DNA from: Candidatus Eiseniibacteriota bacterium
Lineage (GTDB): Bacteria; Eisenbacteria; RBG-16-71-46; CAVPCR01; CBDCWB01
Direction of reading: 5' to 3'
DNA: 64,000 bases
Assembly (NCBI GenBank): GCA_965223205.1
Contig: OZ244990.1
Span: forward strand, 2,761,632 to 2,825,631
Shown: in pieces, positions 19,078-28,763 of the stretch
Numbering within the stretch: the stretch's first letter is position 1
Layout of the letters: each line of letters opens with the position of its first letter
Notes under the pieces: model-generated
The model's database searches: none
The model's input: the letters and a program-made list of their open reading frames with translations, nothing else
What the model was told of the DNA's origin: nothing
Made by a program: the position numbers and the translations under genes

Positions 19078-19995
19078 ATGTCGGACCCTGACCGCGCGGT
19101 TTTCGACCAACTGCGCGGTCTCACCACGGAGGCGGTGAACCCCCGCTCGCGCGACCTGGATGCGCTGACAACGCGCCAGGTACTGGAGACCATCCATGCC
19201 GAGGACTTGGGCGTTGCCGCGGCGGTGGGTGCTGTGCTCGACGAGGTCGAGCGTGGGGTCGAGCGCGTCGTCGGGGCGCTGGAGAGCGGCGGTCGGCTGA
19301 TCTACGTAGGCGCCGGCACCTCCGGGCGACTGGGGGTGCTCGACGCCGCGGAATGTCCACCTACCTTCGGAACCGATCCAGCCATGGTCGTTGGGGTCAT
19401 CGCCGGCGGTCCGGAGGCGTTGATACGGTCGGCGGAAGGAGTCGAAGACCAACTGGTAGCTGGCGGCGAGGACCTCGCCGCCATGGCGGTGAGCGCCGCC
19501 GATTGTGTCTGCGGCATCGCGGCCTCCAGCCGGACGCCGTACGTGCAGGCGGCGCTGGCCTACGCCCGCTCCCAGGGCGCCTCGACTTTGTTGGTGACCT
19601 GCAACGCCCCGCCCCGCCCGCCGATTGCCGACGTGGTCATTGCCCCCCAGACCGGCCCCGAGGTGGTGATGGGCTCGACCCGTATGAAAGCCGGTACCGC
19701 CACCAAACTTGTCCTGAACATGTTAACCACCGCGGCCATGGTCCGTCTGGGCAAAGTGCACGGCAATCTGATGGTCGACCTCAAGGCCACCTCTCAGAAA
19801 CTTACCGAGCGCTCGAAGCGGGTGCTGATGATGGTGACAGGGCTTGACTACGCGGCGGCGGCGGCGCTCCTGAAGCTTGCCGGTGGCCACGTCAAAACCG
19901 CTATTGTCATGCACCAGGCAGAGTTGTCACCCGAAGCGGCGCGCGCCCGCTTGGCCGCCACGGGTGGTTCAGTGCGCGCTGCCCTGGCGGGCTGA
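19078..19995 (+). CDS. murQ: N-acetylmuramic acid 6-phosphate etherase
   Basis: LTTEAVNPRS, GAGTSGRLGVLDAAECPPTFG, GPEVVMGSTRMKAGTATKLVLNM, NLMVD. Confidence 0.97.
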   Translation: MSDPDRAVFDQLRGLTTEAVNPRSRDLDALTTRQVLETIHAEDLGVAAAVGAVLDEVERGVERVVGALESGGRLIYVGAGTSGRLGVLDAAECPPTFGTDPAMVVGVIAGGPEALIRSAEGVEDQLVAGGEDLAAMAVSAADCVCGIAASSRTPYVQAALAYARSQGASTLLVTCNAPPRPPIADVVIAPQTGPEVVMGSTRMKAGTATKLVLNMLTTAAMVRLGKVHGNLMVDLKATSQKLTERSKRVLMMVTGLDYAAAAALLKLAGGHVKTAIVMHQAELSPEAARARLAATGGSVRAALAG

Positions 19996-20018
19996 ATTCA
20001 GGCGGGACGAGGTGGGGC

Positions 20019-21245
20019 ATGGTGCAAACCTACAGGTTGTGGTGGTCCGTCGCTTTGTGCCTGATGGCTTGCACCGGCGGTGACCAAGACGCCGCCGACC
20101 ATCGAGTCGTCGTTCACTTTTGGCAGTTTTGGAAACCAGAGGTGATCCAGCCGGTGATTCAGCGCTTTGAGCTGGAGCACCCGGACGTGCGCGTCGAAGT
20201 GCAGCAGCTTACCTGGAAGTCGGGCTTGCAAAAGATCGAGGCGGCACTGGCGGCGGGCACCGGCCCCGACGTCTGCGAATTGGGGTCGACTTGGATGCCC
20301 CGCTTCGCCGAGGCTGGCGTTTTGGCTGACCTCACCGACGATGCCCGCCCCCTCCGCGAGGTGCTCCAGAAGTGGGAAGTGGCTACCTTCGACGGCAGCA
20401 CCTACGGTTTCCCCTGGCTCCTAGGGACGCGGGCGCTCTACTACAACCGCGAGCTTTTTCGACGCGCTGGGTTGTCGCCGGAGCACGCTCCGGAGACTTG
20501 GGAGGAACTGCTCGAAGCCGCCAAGCGTGTCCACGCCCTCGACCAGGCAATCTATGGCTTTGGCATCAATGCTGGCGAGCGCTACATCCTCTACAAGAAG
20601 TTCATGCCCTTTGCCTGGGGCAATGGGGCGCGACTGGTGTCCGACGACGGCGCGCGGGCGGCGCTCGATTCGCGCGCAATGGTCGAAGCGCTGGACTTCT
20701 ACACCTCGCTCACCGACTACGCGCTCTTGGAGAAGCAGGATGTCCTGGATCAGGCCTTCCAGGACGGCATCTTGGGCATGCAGGTCTCCGGTGCCTGGAA
20801 CCTGGAGAGCCTGCCGCAAAACGCCCCGGAGCTGGACTTCAGCGTAGCGTTGGTACCCAAGCCGACCCCGTTCCATGGCACACACGCCTCGTTCGCTGGC
20901 GGTGAGGTGTTGGTGGTGATGGCGAAGACGCGCGTTCGCCAGGCGGCGGTCGACCTTGCCCGCTTCTTGGTCGACCGCCCGAACGCCACCTTGGTTGCCC
21001 GCCAGGTGAAGAGCGTGCAACCGGCGGCGCGCGGCGCCGCCGCCGACCCCTACTATCAGGCTCGCCCCCTCGAGCAGCTCTTTGTCAAACAGCTGGAGAC
21101 TGCAGTGGCGCCGCCCGCCCACCCGAGTTGGATCCGCATCGAAGAACTCCTGAACACGGCGATCGAACGCGCGGTCCTCGGCGACGCCGCTCCCGAGGAG
21201 GCCTTGTGGGATGCCTCGCGCCAGGTGCAGGCGCTCTTGAACTAG
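20019..21245 (+). CDS. Carbohydrate ABC transporter substrate-binding lipoprotein (CUT1)
   Basis: LMAC lipobox; GPDV..LGSTWM..FA..G.L; YGFPW.....ALYYN.ELF..AG. Confidence 0.9.
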   Translation: MVQTYRLWWSVALCLMACTGGDQDAADHRVVVHFWQFWKPEVIQPVIQRFELEHPDVRVEVQQLTWKSGLQKIEAALAAGTGPDVCELGSTWMPRFAEAGVLADLTDDARPLREVLQKWEVATFDGSTYGFPWLLGTRALYYNRELFRRAGLSPEHAPETWEELLEAAKRVHALDQAIYGFGINAGERYILYKKFMPFAWGNGARLVSDDGARAALDSRAMVEALDFYTSLTDYALLEKQDVLDQAFQDGILGMQVSGAWNLESLPQNAPELDFSVALVPKPTPFHGTHASFAGGEVLVVMAKTRVRQAAVDLARFLVDRPNATLVARQVKSVQPAARGAAADPYYQARPLEQLFVKQLETAVAPPAHPSWIRIEELLNTAIERAVLGDAAPEEALWDASRQVQALLN

Positions 21246-21257
21246 CGGGGCGGCGAG

Positions 21258-22151
21258 TTGCGCCAGAAACTCCAACCTCGATGGCAAGCGCGCGGCTGGA
21301 CACTTCTATTTCTGGCGCCTTTCTTGGTGTCGTTTGCCGCCTTTAGCCTGTTCCCCCTGGCGGCGTCGTTCGTGTTGAGTTTCACCGAATGGTCGCCGCT
21401 TCGGGCCGCGGACTTGAAGCCAGTGGGCTTGTCGAACTACGCGCGCGCCTTGAGTGAGCCGCGCTTTTGGGGAGCTCTCAAAAACACGCTGGTGTTTGTC
21501 GTCGGCACGATCCCGGTGACCACGACGGCGGCGCTCTTCTTGGCCCTCCTGGTGCAGCGGCAGTTACCGGCCCGGTCCTGGTTCCGGGCCGCCTTTTTTG
21601 TGCCATCGATTGTCTCGATCGTTGTCATTGCTTTGATCTTCAAGAACTTCTATGCGCCCTACGGCAGCTTGAACGCGTTGTTGGCGCTGGCCGGCATCGA
21701 GGGGCGGAGCTGGCTCTTGGATCGCGGGTGGGCGCTGCCGGCGATCATGGCGATGAGCGTTTGGGCCAGCGTCGGCTACTACATGCTCCTCTACCTGGCC
21801 GCACTCGAGGCCATTCCGGAATCCCTCTATGAAGCCGCGGCGATGGATGGCGCTGGTTTTTGGGGACGGCTCTGGCACGTGACCTTGCCTAGCCTGAAGC
21901 CGATGACACTTTTTATAGTCGTCATCAATACCATCCGCTCGTTTCAGATCTTTGTGGAAGTCTTCGTGATGACCCAGGGCGGCCCGCTCTTTGCGACCGA
22001 AACCGTCGTCCTCTACTTGTATGAGCAGGCTTTCCACCACTTCGAAATGGGCTACGCCAGCGCCGTCGCCTACCTCCTGTTCGTGATCATCTTGCTGTTG
22101 AGCCTCTTGCAAATGCGGTGGCTTTCCTCCGACCAGCGGGTCCACGGATGA
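21258..22151 (+). CDS. Carbohydrate ABC transporter permease
   Basis: EAA loop IPESLYEAAAMDGA; FQIFVEVFVMTQGGP. Confidence 0.92.
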   Translation: MRQKLQPRWQARGWTLLFLAPFLVSFAAFSLFPLAASFVLSFTEWSPLRAADLKPVGLSNYARALSEPRFWGALKNTLVFVVGTIPVTTTAALFLALLVQRQLPARSWFRAAFFVPSIVSIVVIALIFKNFYAPYGSLNALLALAGIEGRSWLLDRGWALPAIMAMSVWASVGYYMLLYLAALEAIPESLYEAAAMDGAGFWGRLWHVTLPSLKPMTLFIVVINTIRSFQIFVEVFVMTQGGPLFATETVVLYLYEQAFHHFEMGYASAVAYLLFVIILLLSLLQMRWLSSDQRVHG

Positions 22152-22939
22152 AGGGCGCGACTCGAAACGGTCGGTGGTGGGTGCTGGCTGTGGCGGTGCC
22201 CCTGGCATTGGCGATGCTCTACCCGCTGGTGTGGATGGTGCGGGTTGCGCTGACCACCCCGGACGGTTGGGGGTGGCAGAATTTTCGAGAGGTGTGGCGC
22301 GGTGCCGCGTTCGACCGCTACCTGTTCAACTCGGCCGTCGTCGCCGTGGCTGTCGTGGGTGGCAATGCCTTGTTCGCCTCGATGGTCGGCTACGCCCTGG
22401 CACGCCGGCGCTTCGGTGGCAGTCGTGGGGTGATGGCTCTGGTCTTGTCGACCCTGATGGTGCCGCGGCAGGTGACGATGATTCCGCTCTACCTATTGAT
22501 CGCCCGACTCGGTTGGATCGATACGTACTGGGCGCTCACCGTGCCGTTTCTGGTCGATGCCTTTAACGTCTTCCTCATGCGACAGGCGTTTTTGGGCGTG
22601 CCGGTGGAGCTCGAGGAAGCCGCCCGAGTGGACGGTGCCGGGGAGTGGAAGATTTTTTGGTCAATCGGCTTACCCCTTGTCAAACCATCACTTGCGGTCC
22701 TGGCGATCAACACCTTCCTGACCCATTGGAACTCCTTCCTGTATCCACTTGTATTGACAAATACCGAACGGATGCGTACCCTGCCGGTCGGTTTGGCTCT
22801 CTACTCCCAGGGAGAGCACTCGGTGGACTGGGGCCTCATGATGGCCGGGTCCACCATCGCGGTCCTGCCAGTAGTCGCCCTCTTCGTTGCGTTTCAACGT
22901 CACATCGTCTCGGGCATCATGGCTGGCGCCGGCAGGTGA
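22148..22939 (+). CDS. Carbohydrate ABC transporter permease
   Basis: VPVELEEAARVDGA; WNSFLYPL; TLPVGL. ATG 22148 overlaps the upstream TGA. Confidence 0.92.
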   Translation: MKGATRNGRWWVLAVAVPLALAMLYPLVWMVRVALTTPDGWGWQNFREVWRGAAFDRYLFNSAVVAVAVVGGNALFASMVGYALARRRFGGSRGVMALVLSTLMVPRQVTMIPLYLLIARLGWIDTYWALTVPFLVDAFNVFLMRQAFLGVPVELEEAARVDGAGEWKIFWSIGLPLVKPSLAVLAINTFLTHWNSFLYPLVLTNTERMRTLPVGLALYSQGEHSVDWGLMMAGSTIAVLPVVALFVAFQRHIVSGIMAGAGR

Positions 22940-23026
22940 CGCGCCCCGAATCCGGAGGGCCCTGGGCAAGACCCTGTGGCGAGTTGGGTCGACAGACGTG
23001 CCGCCCGCGCGCGGCCGGAGGAGATC

Positions 23027-24304
23027 ATGAAGTTTCGAGTATTGGCTAGCGTTTTGGCATTCACCTTCGCTTGTGGCACGGCGCTGGCCCAGCCAGCAAC
23101 CGTCGAAGAAGTGGATTGCAGCCAGGTGAACGACCCCAAGAAGAACGGCCGTTCTGGAAAGTCGTACTTCACCATCGCTACCAAAAGTGATCCGTTTGAC
23201 GAAGAAGTGCTGCGCAAAGCCGAAGTCCAGTTCGCCATGGCCCTTTGTGAAGAAAACGGCATCCCAGATCAATGGGAATGGAATATGTTCATGGGCATGA
23301 TCAAGTGCGAGTTTGGCAAGCACGGGGAAGCCGGCCCGTACTTCGAACGCGCCACCCAAAACGCCGAGAAGAAGAAGCACAAGGAGCAGGTGGCCGACAA
23401 CCGCAAACACTATTGGGTGGACCGTTACAACTCCGGGCTGAACGCCTTCAAAGAGGAGGCGTACGAGTCGGCTGCCACCGAGGCGCGCGCCGCGCTAGAG
23501 ATCGACCCCACCGAGTGTCGGGGCTACACGCTCCTGGGGCCCGCCCTGATCCAAACCGCTCAGTTCGACGAGGCCATCTCGGTGCTCGAGAAGGGGCGCG
23601 AGCTGTGCGAGGAGGATGACCGCCTTCGCGAAAACCTCTTTGTCGCCTATCACAACCACGGCGGCGGTCTGTTCAACGATAAGAAGTACGCCGAGGCGGC
23701 TGAGTGGTACGCCAAAGCTGCCGAGTTGAACCCCGAGGACTTGGGCAACCTCTACCAGCTGGGTGCCTCGCAGCTCCAGGCAGCCGAGGAAGACTCGACG
23801 ATGGTCGGCGCCGCCCGCCAGAGCTTTCAGCGATACATTGAGTTGGTCGGCGATGAGGGCAGGGCGGATGGGCTCTACAACCTGACGCTGGTCGACTTGG
23901 AGGCAGAGGACTACGAAGCCGCCGAGGTTTCGGCCGGCGAGTACATCAGCGCCCGTCCTTTTGACCCGGACGGCTATCGCTTGATGTCCAGGATCTATGC
24001 CAAGACCAAGCAGAGCGACAAGATGGAGTCCAACATCGTTCTGTTCAACTGCATGAAGACGGAACCCATCGAGGACGTCGGCTCCTGGTGTGCCGACGCC
24101 GCCAAGCGCTACGGCGCCCGCTCGGACTTTGCCAAGGCGATGAAGGATTCGGGCGACCCCGATCGCGTCTACCTGCACACCGATTCCAACGGCAATGAGA
24201 TGGTGGCGACCTACTACGAAAGCGCCGGCGAACTCCACTCGTTCTACCACGGCAAGAAGAAGGGGACGGTGACCGCTACGGCCACCGTTGCTCAGGACAA
24301 CTAA
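23027..24304 (+). CDS. Secreted tetratricopeptide-repeat protein
   Basis: Signal peptide MKFRVLASVLAFTFACGTALA; repeated ..A...Y.KA.ELNP-type helices; GGAGG RBS. Confidence 0.8.
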   Translation: MKFRVLASVLAFTFACGTALAQPATVEEVDCSQVNDPKKNGRSGKSYFTIATKSDPFDEEVLRKAEVQFAMALCEENGIPDQWEWNMFMGMIKCEFGKHGEAGPYFERATQNAEKKKHKEQVADNRKHYWVDRYNSGLNAFKEEAYESAATEARAALEIDPTECRGYTLLGPALIQTAQFDEAISVLEKGRELCEEDDRLRENLFVAYHNHGGGLFNDKKYAEAAEWYAKAAELNPEDLGNLYQLGASQLQAAEEDSTMVGAARQSFQRYIELVGDEGRADGLYNLTLVDLEAEDYEAAEVSAGEYISARPFDPDGYRLMSRIYAKTKQSDKMESNIVLFNCMKTEPIEDVGSWCADAAKRYGARSDFAKAMKDSGDPDRVYLHTDSNGNEMVATYYESAGELHSFYHGKKKGTVTATATVAQDN

Positions 24305-24322
24305 GGTCGCCACGGCCGGCCC

Positions 24323-25441
24323 GTGCTGGCGCTGGGGCTCATCTCAGGGACATCGATGGACGGGGTGGACGCCGCTTTGGCGCGGGTCCACTTCGCCCAG
24401 GATACCCTGGTCTCAGCCGAGCTGATTGCCGCGGCCGAGACCCCCTACCCGGAGGCTCTGCGACGGAGGCTCTGCCAGGCTGCTCGCGGGCAACCGTTGG
24501 CAGCCGGCGCTTGGGCCCAACTCGACCGCGACCTTGGCGATCACTTCACCGAAGCGGCCCGGGCGCTTTTGGCCGTGACCCAGACCCCACCTGAGTCCGT
24601 GGTCGTTGTCGGCTCTCACGGACAGACCGTTCTCCACGATGCGGCTGGCGGCGTCTCGGTGCAATTGGGTGGCGCCGCAAGGATCGCTGAGGCGCTCGAG
24701 GTGCCGGTGGCCTACGACTTTCGGGCGGCCGATCTGGCCGCTGGCGGGGTTGGGGCGCCCTTGGTGCCCTACCTCGATCGTTGGCTGTTTGGCGGGGCGA
24801 GGCGCCGCGCCGTCTTGAACCTGGGCGGCATTGCCAATGTCACACTCATGACCGGCGGTCGACTGGTGGCGTTTGATACGGGCCCGGGAAACGCGCTGCT
24901 CGATGCCTTGGCCCAAGAAACTTTGGGCACACCATACGACCTGGACGGCGCTGGCGCCGAGCGGGGCAAGGTCCACGCCGAGATTGCGGCGCGGTTCTTG
25001 AGCGACCCCTACTTTCAAAAGCCGCCGCCCAAGTCGACCGGTCAAACCGAATTTGGCCCGCGGTTGGCTCTCGAACTTCTCACCCAAGTGCAAAGCGCCG
25101 GCGGTTCGGGAGACGACGCCCTGGCCACGGCGCTAGAACTCACCGTCCGCCCCATCGCTGGCTGCGTGCACCAAGCAGGGGTCGAAGAGGTTGTTGCCTC
25201 GGGGGGTGGCGTCAAGAACCGCGCTCTAATGCGCCGGCTGATCGAGAGCTGCGCCCCGGCGACGGTGTCATCCAGCGCCGCGTATGGGGTAGACCCCGAC
25301 GCCAAAGAGGCGCTAGCCTTTGCAGTCTTAGCGGCGGCCCGGGTTCGGGGCGTCGCCGCTGCCGTGCCAGAAGCCACCGGCGCCCAGGGCGCTCGCGTGC
25401 TCGGCGCGTTGGTGGATCCTCGCGGCAAGCTTCGGCCTTAG
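24323..25441 (+). CDS. anmK: Anhydro-N-acetylmuramic acid kinase
   Basis: GLISGTSMDGVDAA, GSHGQTV, DFRAADLAAGG.GAPLVP, NLGGIAN, FDTGPGN, PPPKSTG, KEALAFA. Confidence 0.96.
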   Translation: MLALGLISGTSMDGVDAALARVHFAQDTLVSAELIAAAETPYPEALRRRLCQAARGQPLAAGAWAQLDRDLGDHFTEAARALLAVTQTPPESVVVVGSHGQTVLHDAAGGVSVQLGGAARIAEALEVPVAYDFRAADLAAGGVGAPLVPYLDRWLFGGARRRAVLNLGGIANVTLMTGGRLVAFDTGPGNALLDALAQETLGTPYDLDGAGAERGKVHAEIAARFLSDPYFQKPPPKSTGQTEFGPRLALELLTQVQSAGGSGDDALATALELTVRPIAGCVHQAGVEEVVASGGGVKNRALMRRLIESCAPATVSSSAAYGVDPDAKEALAFAVLAAARVRGVAAAVPEATGAQGARVLGALVDPRGKLRP

Positions 25442-25462
25442 GTCGGATCGGGAGCGGCGTCG

Positions 25463-26857
25463 ATGGGACCGCTGGTCAACCAGCGTACTGGGATGTGGGC
25501 TTGCTTGGCGGTGGTTGCTGCTCTCGGGGCGAACTGCGCGCGGAGCGCCCGCACCACCTCCGTTGGCGCGCTGCCCACCACCTCGCCATCGCCGGCTCAA
25601 GCATCGCCGTCCACCAGCCCGCCCCCGTCCGCGCTGCGGGGGCTCGACCGGCCGCTCCAGGTCGGCATCGTCGTCGACGCCACCGAAGTCCACTTCCAGG
25701 CGCTCCAAGGCGAAGCCCCTGGCCAGCTCGAGGTCTGGGTGGGCGAGCGCCTCATCGGTCGCTTTAGGAGCCTCGGGGTCGAGGTCCGCGATGGCCAGCT
25801 CTGGGCGCAACCGGTCGGACACCCGGAGCGCGCTGTCGGTGACTCGCTGGAGGTGCGGCCGGTCGCCGAGGCGATCTTGGTGGTCGGGGAGAAGCCTTAC
25901 CGGGGCGCGGTCGAAGTCCGGTGCGCACCCCGAGCCCCAGGTGCAGTGCCGGCCCGGTTGACCTGTGTCAACCTCGTGCCCCTGGAGGCCTACTTGCTCG
26001 GCGTCGTCCCGCTGGAAATCGGTTGGCCTGGCGTTGCGGGGTTGGAAGTGGTTAAGGCCCAAGCGGTTGCTGCTCGGACTTACGCCCTGTCGCACCTGCG
26101 CCGTTGGCCCGATCTGGGCTTTGATCTCTTTGGCAACGAAATGGACCAAGTTTATGGCGGCATGGGCGTTGAACACGCTGGGGTCAGCCAAGCCATCGGT
26201 GCGACCCGCGACGTCGTGTTGACCTACCGCGGTGAGTTAGCCCGGCCATTTTATTCGGCCAACTGCGGCGGGCGCACCGCACCGGCTGAGGAGACCTGGG
26301 ATCAGCCACCGGCGCCATATCTAGTGACGCAAGACGATTCGCACGGTGACATCGACTTTTGCTCGAACGCCTCCCACTACCGCTGGACGGAGCGCATGAG
26401 CGCCCCCGAGGTGATGGCTTTGCTCGAGGCGCACTGGACCGCCGAGTTCGGCGGCGTCCCGCCCAGGGGCCCCCTGGAAGCCCTGAAAGTGGCCGAGCGC
26501 TTTCAGTCGGGACGCGTCCGCGGGCTCGAGCTGCGGGCTGGCGGGCAGCGTTTCGCCGGCGGTGGCGATCGCCTGCGTTGGGTGTTTCGCCGCGGCGGTG
26601 TCGACGGCGCCATCCTCCGCTCTTCGCTGTTCGATCTCGAGGTGACTGAGCACGGCGGCGTGGTCACGCAGGTGACCCTCCGGGGGGCTGGCAATGGGCA
26701 CGGAGTAGGCATGTGCCAAAGTGGAGCTATCGAAATGGCGCGCCGTGGGTATACTTACCCGCAGATCCTCCGCCACTATTATCCGGGAACCGAGCTTCGT
26801 CCCTTGGAACGTCCAAGCCCGTCAACGAGCCGGCCGGCAGTGGCTCTGGAGCGCTAA
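25463..26857 (+). CDS. SpoIID/LytB-family lytic transglycosylase
   Basis: VNLVPLEAYLLGVVPLE, KAQAVAARTYA, DQVYGG, YSANCGG, GNGHGVGMCQ.GA, QILRHYYPG. Confidence 0.92.
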   Translation: MGPLVNQRTGMWACLAVVAALGANCARSARTTSVGALPTTSPSPAQASPSTSPPPSALRGLDRPLQVGIVVDATEVHFQALQGEAPGQLEVWVGERLIGRFRSLGVEVRDGQLWAQPVGHPERAVGDSLEVRPVAEAILVVGEKPYRGAVEVRCAPRAPGAVPARLTCVNLVPLEAYLLGVVPLEIGWPGVAGLEVVKAQAVAARTYALSHLRRWPDLGFDLFGNEMDQVYGGMGVEHAGVSQAIGATRDVVLTYRGELARPFYSANCGGRTAPAEETWDQPPAPYLVTQDDSHGDIDFCSNASHYRWTERMSAPEVMALLEAHWTAEFGGVPPRGPLEALKVAERFQSGRVRGLELRAGGQRFAGGGDRLRWVFRRGGVDGAILRSSLFDLEVTEHGGVVTQVTLRGAGNGHGVGMCQSGAIEMARRGYTYPQILRHYYPGTELRPLERPSPSTSRPAVALER

Positions 26858-27237
26858 TGCAGACATCCCAATCTCTCCCGTCGCTTGCCTTGGATTGCCC
26901 CGCCTGCAACGCCCGAGGTTCCATCACCCAAGCTCTAAGAATCGAGATCGAAGCCGAGCTGTCGGTCACCGTCGTCGAGTGCAGCACTTGCCGGAGCTTG
27001 TTCGACGCGCGCCCGCGCGGCGCCAAAGGGCGGGCTGAGCCAAGCCCCGAGTCGCTGCGCATCGTCCGGGTCGAGTGCCCGAACTGCGGGGTCGACGGCC
27101 ATTCGGTGCAGCTGGATCTGGGGACGGAGGCTGTCGAGGAGGCCTTTCTCACCAGCTGTGAGATTTGCGGGCACGCTTTCGCGATCGACCGCGCCGGTCG
27201 GGCGAACGAAGCACCGGTGGCCACGCCGGCGTCCTAA
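26857..27237 (+). CDS. Small tandem CPxC zinc-ribbon protein (126 aa)
   Basis: Four CxxC pairs (CPAC/CSTC, CPNC/CEIC) in two repeats. ATG overlaps the SpoIID stop (TAATG). Confidence 0.7.
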   Translation: MQTSQSLPSLALDCPACNARGSITQALRIEIEAELSVTVVECSTCRSLFDARPRGAKGRAEPSPESLRIVRVECPNCGVDGHSVQLDLGTEAVEEAFLTSCEICGHAFAIDRAGRANEAPVATPAS

Positions 27238-27779
27238 CGGACGGCTTCTTTCTGGGCACTTCGAGGGCGCGTGGCGACCTTGGGCGTCGTGTCCAAGAGC
27301 TTCATCAACTCGATCGCCGAACCCCGGCGTAGCGAAGTGTGGAACTTCACCTCGTCGGCTAGGCGCTGGATGAGCAACACCGCGTGACCGTTGGCGTCCG
27401 GCACCTCGGGCGCGGCGCCCAAGACGCGTGGTCTCAGCACTTGCCTGCCAAAGTCTCGGAGCACGAGCCGGACTTCGCCTTTCCTGACCAACATCGTCGC
27501 CTTGATAAGCCCAGAGTCGTCGCCTTCGTAGGCTTCCTCAATCAGGAAGATGAACGCCTCGACAGCGGCGGCGCGCAAGTCCATGACGCCAGCCGGTGAC
27601 AGACCCGAAAGCTCGCCGAGTTGGTTCAGCCAGTCGCGGAGCTTGCGGATATCCAGATAGGTGCTCCGGAGGCTGGTCTTGAACGCCATATCGGCGTTTT
27701 GCCCCTGCGCGGGGGAGAATCGTTGGAGCTTCTGGGTGATGGGCTGGTGTCGTTTCCTGGCTGCAGTTCCGGTGGCCAT
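27234..27779 (-). CDS. RsbW/SpoIIAB-like HATPase-fold protein, degenerate
   Basis: DLRAAAVEA..., VRLVLRDFG, LLIQRLADEV, GS.I.L.K pattern. AGGAG RBS before ATG 27779. Confidence 0.75.
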   Translation of the reverse strand: MATGTAARKRHQPITQKLQRFSPAQGQNADMAFKTSLRSTYLDIRKLRDWLNQLGELSGLSPAGVMDLRAAAVEAFIFLIEEAYEGDDSGLIKATMLVRKGEVRLVLRDFGRQVLRPRVLGAAPEVPDANGHAVLLIQRLADEVKFHTSLRRGSAIELMKLLDTTPKVATRPRSAQKEAVR

Positions 27780-28055
27780 TGAGTCTCCTGGTGGCTGGGG
27801 CGCTGCTCGTCGGTTCCAGGGGCACTTGGCCTGGGCGGGCAGTCCTTCCACTCGGAGGATCGTCGGCCGCACCGGCTAACTGGGGGGCGCCCAGCGCTTC
27901 GCGATCCATGGTGGGCAGGCACCGCCTTGAATGGGGAGAATGGCCAGCTGGGCTGTCTCCTTCGGGGACATTGCAACCGGCGGGCCCAATCGAACGTATA
28001 CTAAGGTGACGCCAAGGTGACCCATGGGTCCGAGCGTGAAGGAGTACCCAGTAGC

Positions 28056-28763
28056 ATGAGTGATACGTACGATCCCTATCAGCGACCGAATCCGTCTGAC
28101 GAATCCGCGACCAAGCCGGGGGCGGAGACCCCGCCAGCGAGTTCCGGGTCTCAGAAGGACGAGGCCACCTCGCGAGAAGCCCTCGACGAAGCCCGCGAAG
28201 CAGCGGCCGAAGCCGCTGCCAAGGCCGCCGCCGCCGCCAAGGAAGTGGGGCGGGATTTGAAAGAGGGCGCCAGCGAGTTGATTGACGACCTCAAGGACTC
28301 GGTGCGCAGTGCCGGTACCAAGGCGCGCGAGGTGACCTCGGACACCATCCGCGAGGCCAAAGAGGAGCTGCACGAAGCCAAAGAGGAGTTCCGCGGCCCG
28401 AGTGAAGCGCGCGCCGACAGCACGACCGGGCTCGACGCCAACTTGGCGGCTGCTTTGTCCTACGTCTTCCCACCGGTCACGGGTCCCTTGATGTTCTTTT
28501 GGGAGAAGGGGAGCGCCTTTGTGCGCTTTCACGCCCTCCAGTCGATCCTCTTGTGTTTTGCCTACTTCATCACCTGGCTCCTGGTTGGGGTGGTGATGGG
28601 AATTCCCTTCCTGGGTGGCTTGGTGGCAGCCGCGGCCTCGGTGGGTTTTGCGGTCGCCTGGCTCTTGGTCATGTGGAAGGCGCTCCAGTACCGGGAGTTT
28701 CACCTGCCGATCATCGGTGACCTGGCGCGCAACCATATCGACAAGCGAGCCCCCTCGGCGTGA
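28056..28763 (+). CDS. DUF4870-like membrane protein with an N-terminal charged amphipathic region
   Basis: TGLDANLAAALSY, FVRFHALQS, FHLPIIGDLA; N-terminal A/E/K-rich helical stretch. Confidence 0.75.
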   Translation: MSDTYDPYQRPNPSDESATKPGAETPPASSGSQKDEATSREALDEAREAAAEAAAKAAAAAKEVGRDLKEGASELIDDLKDSVRSAGTKAREVTSDTIREAKEELHEAKEEFRGPSEARADSTTGLDANLAAALSYVFPPVTGPLMFFWEKGSAFVRFHALQSILLCFAYFITWLLVGVVMGIPFLGGLVAAAASVGFAVAWLLVMWKALQYREFHLPIIGDLARNHIDKRAPSA

